Below the pieces are notes generated by a model that did no database searches, was not told the DNA's origin, and saw only the letters and a list, made by a program, of their open reading frames with translations. From Eledone cirrhosa (lineage: Eukaryota): a DNA stretch of 64,000 nt. The position numbers were made by a program, and so were the translations under genes. The stretch covers positions 331,142,001 through 331,206,000 of the forward strand of contig OZ024741.1 of NCBI GenBank assembly GCA_964016885.1. The letters run 5' to 3'. Positions 56,341 to 64,000 of this stretch are shown one piece after another. The first letter of the stretch is position 1. Each line of letters starts with the position of its first letter.

Positions 56341-57170
56341 CATAATTTGATGTAAGGAATGTAGAGAATAATAATAATAACATTATTAATAATAATAATG
56401 TCCATTACCCATAGGCAGATCTCACACAATGCAGCCTCGACAGAAGAATACTGCTCGACTATGGCAGACAATTGATATACCCAGGACACCATAGTGAAAT
56501 ACCAACATATGGAACATTACATTTATGTAACATTCTTTCCTTATTTTAATTTATATTCCTTTTGAAGTTCCGATGAGCTGCTCTATCTTTACCTATGTTA
56601 ATTATTTTCAACTGAACCAGATCAATAATGATATATAATCATTTGATCCAGAAATATTATATGGAGTAGCGAAACAATTGTAAATGGACATTATTATTAT
56701 TAATATATAAGGGCAGTGAATTGGCAGAATCGGTAGAGGGTCGGACGCCATGCTTTGACGCATACAGTTACGGCCCTTGCCATTCTGAGTTCAAATCCCG
56801 CCGAGGTTAACTTTGCCTTTCATCCTTACGGGGTCGATAAAATAAAGTACCAGTAATGTACTGGGTAATTGCTGGCCTTGTGCCAGGGTCGGACGCCATG
56901 CTTTGACGTATAGAGTTACGGCCCTTGCCATTCTGAGTTCAAATCCCGCCGAGGTTAACTTTGCCTTTCATCCTTACGGGGTCGATAAAATAAAGTACCA
57001 GTAATACACTGGGTAATTGCTGGCCTTGTGCCTAAAGTAGAAACAATTATTATTAATATTCTCTACGTTCCTTACATCAAACTAAAATATGTTGACAATC
57101 TTTTAATAATGTCTTCCTTGTGAAATTTGTGGTCTTGTTTTGCTTAACTAATAAATATATATATATATAT

Positions 57171-57381
57171 AAAGGTAGAACACTGGAGGGTAATATCTGT
57201 AGTAGCAGAGCATTCAGTCCGTGGGACGAGTTTGATAGAAGTAGTAACACAACAGTTAGTTCACCATACTGAGAACAAATGTTTCACCTTGTGGATCTTC
57301 AGCTCGGACTCAAGCTGAAGATCTGCAACGTGAAACATTTGTTCTCGGTATGGTGAAATAACTGTTGTGTTACTACTTCTA
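57171..57381. mobile_element. Family F hairpin element with hammerheads at 57268-57308 (-) and 57309-57349 (+)
   Basis: Homologous to 26041-26283 but with a different inversion breakpoint. Confidence 0.75.
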
Positions 57382-57609
57382 TATATATTATTATTATTAA
57401 TCTCCCCTGGTCGAGATAACATTTTGGTCATTTTAACTGCTGCTATTTCTAGTGGCAGTACATTGACCTTTCCGCCCCTGCCTTCTATCTTTACACATGG
57501 CACTAGACAGAATTGTTTCTTCATCATACACTCTCATCTCGGGAACAGTTTTGTATGGTGCCAGTTCGTGATTTGAACTCGGGAATTTTATATTCTCCGA
57601 TCGAAAAGA

Positions 57610-57694
57610 ACTCTCTGACGAAAGTCTTTCTTTTCAATGGATTTGTGCATGGATTATCCATTTATTTTGAGACCTGAAACCGTACAGTAAGGGT
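57610..57694 (+). ncRNA. Type I hammerhead with extended stem II
   Basis: actct-CTGACGA-aagtctt...gagacct-GAAA-ccgtacag-TA-agggt. Confidence 0.65.
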
Positions 57695-57761
57695 AATTAC
57701 AGCAGGTACAGTGAACTTTTTAAAATTTATTTTAAAACTTTTTCTTATTTGCTAAACCTTG

Positions 57762-57832
<71 letters not shown>

Positions 57833-58243
57833 ATACATTAGTTAAGCAAAACAAGACCACAAATTTCACAAGGAGGACATTATTAAAAGATTGTCAACAT
57901 AATTTTAGTTTAATGTAAGGAATGTAGAGAATAATAATAATAATAATATTAATAATGTCCGTTTACAATTGTTTCGCTACTCCATATAATGTTTCTTGAT
58001 CAAATGATTATAGATCATTATTGATCTGGTTCAGTTGAAACTTAGGTACAATTAGAGCAGCTCATCGGAACTTCAAAAGGAATATAAATTAAAATAAAGA
58101 AAGAATGTTACATGAATGTAATGTTCCATATATTGGTATTTCACTATGGTGTCCTGGGTATATCTATTGTCTGCCATAGTCGAGCAATATTCTTCTGTCG
58201 AGGCTGCATTGTGTGAGATTCTTTAAGATTGGTTACTCTTGAA

Positions 58244-58281
<38 letters not shown>

Positions 58282-58566
58282 TATACACACCCTTGCAAGC
58301 AGGGAAAAGTGGACGTAAAATGATGATGATGATCATCATCATCCTCATCATTGTTTAATGTCCATTTTCCATGCTAGCATGTGTTAGACGAGCTGTCCCA
58401 TTTGAGGCAAGTTGGGTCAGGTGACCATGTCTTGCTTATAGAGAACTGTTTCTGGCTAGGTTTCTACAGCTGGATGCCCTTCCTAACGCCAACCACATTT
58501 ACAGTGTGGGCTGGGTGCTTTTTGTTGCGACACCTGAACGACCACCTTACATATATATATATATAT

Positions 58567-59037
58567 CCAGGGAGTATAACTTGGAGTTACTGTAGGTTCA
58601 CCTGGGTGAGCATTCGATGTTTAGGTTCACTTCAGTGTCAAGGTGTAGAGCTAAACAGAGTGTATTATAGTGAAATAAAATAACAAGCACGATTGGTTAC
58701 TCCTTCATTACGTTTATTGGTTGGTGACGCGTGTTTCGCCACTGATCAGCTCAAGGTTCGATCTGTATCAATCCAACCCGACTCTGTAATCTGCGGCTCG
58801 TCAGACCCCTTGTAATGGTAATGGAAAAATGAATTCATTTTTCCATTACTATTACAATGGAAAAATGAATTCATTTTTCCATTACCATTACAAGGGGTCT
58901 GACGAGCCGCAGATTACAGAGTCGGGTTGGATTGATACAGATCGAACCTTGAGCTGATCAGTGGCGAAACACGCATCACCAACCAATAAACGTAATGAAG
59001 GAGTAACCAATCGTGCTTGTTATTTTATTTCACTATA
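58567..59037. mobile_element. Hairpin element (arms ~58665-58850 / ~58853-59037) with hammerheads on both strands
   Basis: Near-perfect inverted repeat between (TA)n runs; gagcattc box at 58608. Confidence 0.8.
58723..58807 (-). ncRNA. Type I hammerhead ribozyme with GUC site (mirror copy 58896-58980, +)
   Basis: ggt-CTGACGA-gccgc...gtggc-GAAA-cacgcg-TC-acc. Confidence 0.85.
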
Positions 59038-59066
59038 TATATATATATATTGTTATATATACAAAA

Positions 59067-59870
59067 ATGAAAGGCAGATTGTATGATGCCTGTATACGAA
59101 CAGCAATGCTACATGGCAGTGCGACATGGGCATTACGTGCAGAGGACCTGTGTAGACTGGAAAGGAACGAAGCATGCATGCTCCGTTGGATGTGTAATAG
59201 TAATATGCGTGAACGGCAAAGCAGAAATGAACTAAGTGAGAAATTAGGAAGAAGAGGGATCAGATGCTGTTTACTTGAGAGAAGACTACGTTGGTATGGT
59301 CACGTGATGCGCATGAAAGACGACAGCTGCATAAAAAAGTGCAGGGCGATCAAAATTGATGGTAGTTAGACCCAGAAAAACCTGGGATGATCTGATAAAT
59401 TCCGACCTCACACACTTACATCTCTCTAAGACAATGTCTCTGGACCGAGATCTTTGGCGCTACGCAGTAATACAGAAGACCTGCCTTGCCTATGTACAAA
59501 GCGAAACCTACAGTCAGTAGGCAACTCTTAACCAAATATACACCCCAATCTACTACCCCTACCCTATCCTCCCACTCCCACCAACAGCACGAGATAATGA
59601 GATTGAGATTGTGTAGGTGTCACGACAAAAAACACACAGTCCGCGCTGTAATGTGGCCGTGTAGGTAACACGGTAAAAAGTTCCCAGTTCCACACTGTAA
59701 ATGTGGTTGGTGTTAGGAAGGGCATCCAGTCGTAGAAAACCTGCCAGATAGTCCTATATGAGTGAGACACGGTCACTCGACCAGCCTTGCCTCAAGTGGG
59801 ACAATTCCCGTCTAACCCATGCTAGCGTGGAAAATGGACGTTAAACGAAGATGATGATGATGATGAGGAT
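59067..59870 (+). mobile_element. RTE-X 3' fragment, same family as 53645-55552
   Basis: MKGRLYDACIRTAMLHGS...RRLRWYGHV plus the same 3' UTR. Confidence 0.85.
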
Positions 59871-60259
59871 ACACATACATATATGTATATATTCAATGAT
59901 ATTAAATAAATGGAAACTAATTTTTGATAAGAATAATATCTCATAATAAAATAAAAATACATTTTGTAAAATGGACACCTCGCCTTGAGGGTGTGGCCCT
60001 AAACTATAGCTTATTTAGCCTATAGGGGTAAGTCCAGCACTGAACCCACTCTGCTGACCACATGAGCAACTCATCCAACACATGCTAGCAGGGAAAGCAG
60101 ATGTTAAATGAAGATGATGATGATGATGATGATGATGTCCCAGTTCTCTCCAGCATTCTCTCTATTTTAAAACAATACAAAACACAAAAACACCCTCAGC
60201 CATAATTGCCTTTTTTTTTTAACACACTTCTTTACTACCATCACATCCTCATTACATTA

Positions 60260-60720
60260 GCCTCACCCTCTCTCCCTCTCTCTTTAACCCTCACCTTCAC
60301 ACTCTCTCTTTTTCTCTCCCTCTCACTATCACCCTCTCCCTATCCCACCCTCACCTTTTCTCACTCTCTCCCTATCCCACCCTCACTTTCTCGCTCTCTT
60401 TCACTCTCTCTCTCACTCTCTTCTTATGTGACCCTCATGCTCCCTTACTCTTTCCCTTTCCCACGCTCACCCTCTCTCATTCTCTCCCTCTCTCCTTCTC
60501 TCTCTCTTCCTCTCACCCTCTCTCACCCTAATTCTCTCTCTCCCTCCCACATTCACCCTTCCTCACCCCCCCACTCGCTCTCTCTCTCATTCTCACCCTC
60601 ACCCTAAACATCTCTCTCCCCTCTCCCTCTCTTCCTCTCCATCTCTCTCACCCCTCTCCTTCTCTCCCTCCCTCCCTCCTCTCTAACTCCCCTCTCTCTG
60701 TTTTCCCTTTGCTGCTCCTC
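60260..60720. repeat. CT-rich low-complexity tract
   Basis: Direct reading. Confidence 0.9.
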
Positions 60721-61019
60721 CACCTTACTTCCCACACCATGCCACACCACCATGAAAATCTCACATCTCTCCAGAACTAAAAAGTCAAGCACCACCGATT
60801 TGTAGTAAATTTGTAAATAACAAAAGAAGCACATACCCCGCCCCACCCACAACCACCACCGCCACCACCACCAACAACAACAACAACTACACTAACTTTA
60901 ACAGGATGTGTCTACACCATTTAAAACAACTCCCAGCAGACAACACTATACAAGTAAGCTTTGCCTTTCTTCTTCTTTGTTTTGTGCCACCCCTTCTCCC
61001 TTTATCATCACCATTAATA

Positions 61020-61380
61020 TATGTTGTTGTTGTTATTGTTGCAGATAGTGTTGTTGTTGTTGTTGTTGTTGTTGGTTCTGTTGTTTCTTTCACTAGGTAG
61101 GGGTGGAGGGGGCATGAATGTTGTTATTGTTGTAGTAGTTGTTGTTGGTGGTGTTAGTGTTGTGGTTGTTGGTGTTGTTGGTGTTGTTGTTAGTGTTGTT
61201 GTTGCTATTGTTGTTGTTGTTTGTCTTGTTGCTGGTGTTGTTGGTTCTGTCTTTTCTTTCAATAGGTAGATGGTGGGGGCATTAATGTTGTTATTGTTGT
61301 TGTTGTTGGTATTGTTGTTGCTATTGTCTTGTTGTTGGTCCTGTCTTTTCTTTCAATAAGTAAATGGTGGTGGACATTAA
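61020..61380 (+). repeat. (GTT)n-rich compound repeat with three spacer units
   Basis: gttggttctgt..ttctttca.taggtag appears three times. Confidence 0.8.
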
Positions 61381-61599
61381 TACACTTGAAGATCCATCAT
61401 TCAATTTAACAAAAACAGATACATAAATAACTACACATACACCTGTATATGTATGCATGTGTGGGAGTGTATATATATATATATATGGATGGATGGATGG
61501 ATATGTGTAAATGTATATGTATGTATATACAAAGATTTAAAACATATATATATTGACTAGGACACAAAAAAGATTAAAAGAATATATATATATATATAT

Positions 61600-61640
<41 letters not shown>

Positions 61641-61918
61641 TATATATATATATATAAAGTCTGCAGTATTGAAACTGGAGAGATCACTAATCATGGGAGT
61701 ATTCAATGCATGGGGTGATGCTGAATGGGTATAGAGAATGGTAAAATCCTGACTGCAGTGCCAAGTGGTTCCGGTTTGTGAAAACACAAGCTGAAACCAC
61801 TTGACACCACTGTTTGGATTTTACGTGTTTTTTTTCTCCCCATTTTTTTTTCTAATAATTCCCCATTACTTCCTCTGATCACTCTTTATTTCCTATTTAT
61901 CTTCTGTTTCTAACTCTA

Positions 61919-61954
61919 TCTTCTGATGAAGGACTAGTGTCTGAAACATTAAGA
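61919..61954 (+). ncRNA. Minimal hammerhead (family E)
   Basis: tctt-CTGATGA-aggac-tagt-gtct-GAAA-ca-TT-aaga; flanks homologous to 25860-26020. Confidence 0.7.
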
Positions 61955-62259
61955 CTCTCTTCCTACTATTTCAAGCATTAAACTATTATATTTCTGTCAT
62001 GTACTGTACCATTTGTTTTGATATTTTTGTTATTTCTGTTAACCTTTTACATATATATATATATTTTTAACCTGTTAGTTTTTGCGTTACTTTGGTATTG
62101 TGTGTTAGGTTTTGCCTACCACAATGTTCAATTTGTCAAGCTATTTAAACGTATGTTATTACTCTAAGGACCTACCCTTATTGAGTGCTTTGCTAACTTA
62201 TTCATATTGTAGGTCGACTTTGCTTGCTCACAGCCAAAGCTTCGATTTTACTAAGCTTC

Positions 62260-62328
<69 letters not shown>

Positions 62329-62807
62329 ACTGCTATCTACTTGCTTTTGGTAGGGCCAATGATGTTGTTAGAACTCTATGGATCTGAAGTATTGCGACCA
62401 ATATTATGTGATTACATAACCACTAACAGTTAGTCCCTATATTGATTTATTATGATCAATCAACACACTCTGAAACGATCATAACAAATGAACTAATTAA
62501 ACACCAATCTTCACCTTTTGTTTTCATTGTTCAAAACACACATATATATACCTTTGCTTAGATTTTTTTGCTTTTTTTACTTTGAGTGCATGTCCATATA
62601 TGCACTGTACCCCTTGATAAGTTCAGCTAGATTCCTGTTGTTCTAATACTGGTGGCTTAGTTCGGATCTAGCTGTCGAAATGGCTGGAGTTCAATCGTCA
62701 GGGTCCTGACTCTTTTCATATTACCCAGTCTACTACCCCAAGTATCAAGTACTCTGGTGCATTATGGTTCACCTGGTATCTTGCCACCCCCTTTTTGCTA
62801 TATATAT

Positions 62808-63620
62808 ACTAGCAGCTGAGCCCGGTTGCACCCGGGGCCACTTTTTATTAAGTTAATAATTTGAAAAATATTATTGAAAGTTTATTATAAAGAAGCAGTT
62901 TCAGGGAAAAAAAAAAAAATATACACTTGGGGCTGGACGGCGTACAATGAGAAGTGGAGCGACGCGAAAAGCATTGTTTATTAACAGCGAAATAGCAATG
63001 TCGATGATATGCAATTTGAAAAATACTACTTACTGTTAGTGGTGGTTAACATGTATTAGAATTAAAATAAAAACACGCGTCCCTTCTTCGCAATTTAAGG
63101 GTTTTATTTCTTTTGATGGAAAACAGTGACCGTACTGCAGAATCGATTTCATAAAACGGTACTGTATGATCGTTAAATGTAGAAGGATGATAGTTTATTA
63201 ACAGCGAAATAGCAATGTCAATGATATGCAAGTTTAAAAATGCATATTATGAAGGTTTGTATGATAGTTTACACTTTTTCCTGAAACTGCTTCTTTATAA
63301 TAAACTTTCAATAATATTTTTCAAATTATTGGTACTGTATGTTAACAGCGAAAGAACGTTAATGAGTTTAAAAATTTGTATGAAATTGTAAATAACTCAG
63401 CCAAGTATTAGAACAGGGGGAAATAACTCATTGAACGCGATAGTAAATAGACCGTTTGGGGGCCCTAGGGACCACATTTTTCAAGTTAGAAATTTGAAAC
63501 CTCATCTATTTGCTTCCTTGGCACTTTTTACATAGGTGTGTAAATTTTCATGTCCGTCCGACCACGTCTACTACCATTTAACCGTGCACATCTGAATTTC
63601 AACCACCACCCATTTCACAA
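62808..63620 (+). mobile_element. Second Helentron-associated (HINE-like) element with internal inverted and direct duplications
   Basis: actagcagctgagcccggttgcacccgggg terminus like 7179. 62855-62910 is inverted at 63275-63330; ttaacagcgaaa occurs three times. Confidence 0.55.
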
Positions 63621-63621
63621 A

Positions 63622-63687
<66 letters not shown>

Positions 63688-63717
63688 GTACATATATATA
63701 TGCATATATATATATAT

Positions 63718-64000
63718 ACAGAGAAGAAATTCCAAACGTGGAAGCACGGCCTAGAATCAAAAGGCCTTAAAATTAACCTGGCTAAGACTAAAGTTCTAGT
63801 TTGTAGGAAAGAAAATAAGGCGGCGGTCCCATCGGGGAAATGGCCATGCTCAGTGTGTAGGAAAGGCGTAGGTAGAAACTCCATTTTATGTCCCAAATGC
63901 AAAGTATGGGTGCATAAAAGATGTAGTGGGATCACAGGTAAGCTAACTAAGAACATAGATTTTACATGTGGCCGGTGCTCTGGTGCAATAAGTAGCAACA
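63718..64000 (+). mobile_element. RTE-X fragment running off the window end
   Basis: LESKGLKINLAKTKVL...WPCSVCRKGVGRNSILCPKCKVWVHKRCSG. Confidence 0.85.

Larger units (their letters stand above)
56418..58220. mobile_element. Large inverted duplication (56418-57160 vs 57830-58220) with CCGATGA-variant hammerheads
   Basis: gtt-CCGATGA-gctgctc...gagtagc-GAAA-caattg-TA-aac at 57961-58071 (-) and 56567-56685 (+). The left arm is interrupted by tandem SINEs at 56710-57050. Confidence 0.7.

Overview
AT-rich eukaryotic, repeat-dominated DNA with no supportable host protein-coding gene. The (TA)n/(CA)n/(ATC)n/(ATT)n microsatellite load and the SINE/LINE content resemble cephalopod (octopus-like) genomes; the species is my inference. 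Coding content is decayed non-LTR retrotransposons: RTE, RTE-X-like, R4/Dong, L1/Tx1, a CRE-type relic absent from the ORF track and CR1/L2 relics. There is also a mariner relic, two Helentron-like non-autonomous elements, two tRNA-derived SINE families and a 5.1-kb foldback element built from satellites. Top observation: about 20 minimal type I hammerhead ribozyme cores (stemI-CUGANGA-stemII-GAAA-short, often palindromic stemIII-UH-stemI') at 13 loci, in about 10 unrelated sequence families. Most sit in ORF-less elements next to (TA)n, many duplicated as long inverted repeats that put a hammerhead on each strand, and many carry a GAGTRCTC-like box about 35-50 bp from the terminal (TA)n. This points to a diverse population of non-autonomous Penelope-like/retrozyme-like elements. 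Second observation: a ~13-kb pile-up of R4/Dong and Tx1 elements all delimited by (ATT)n. Coordinates were read by eye and element ends are approximate. No database search or folding program was run.
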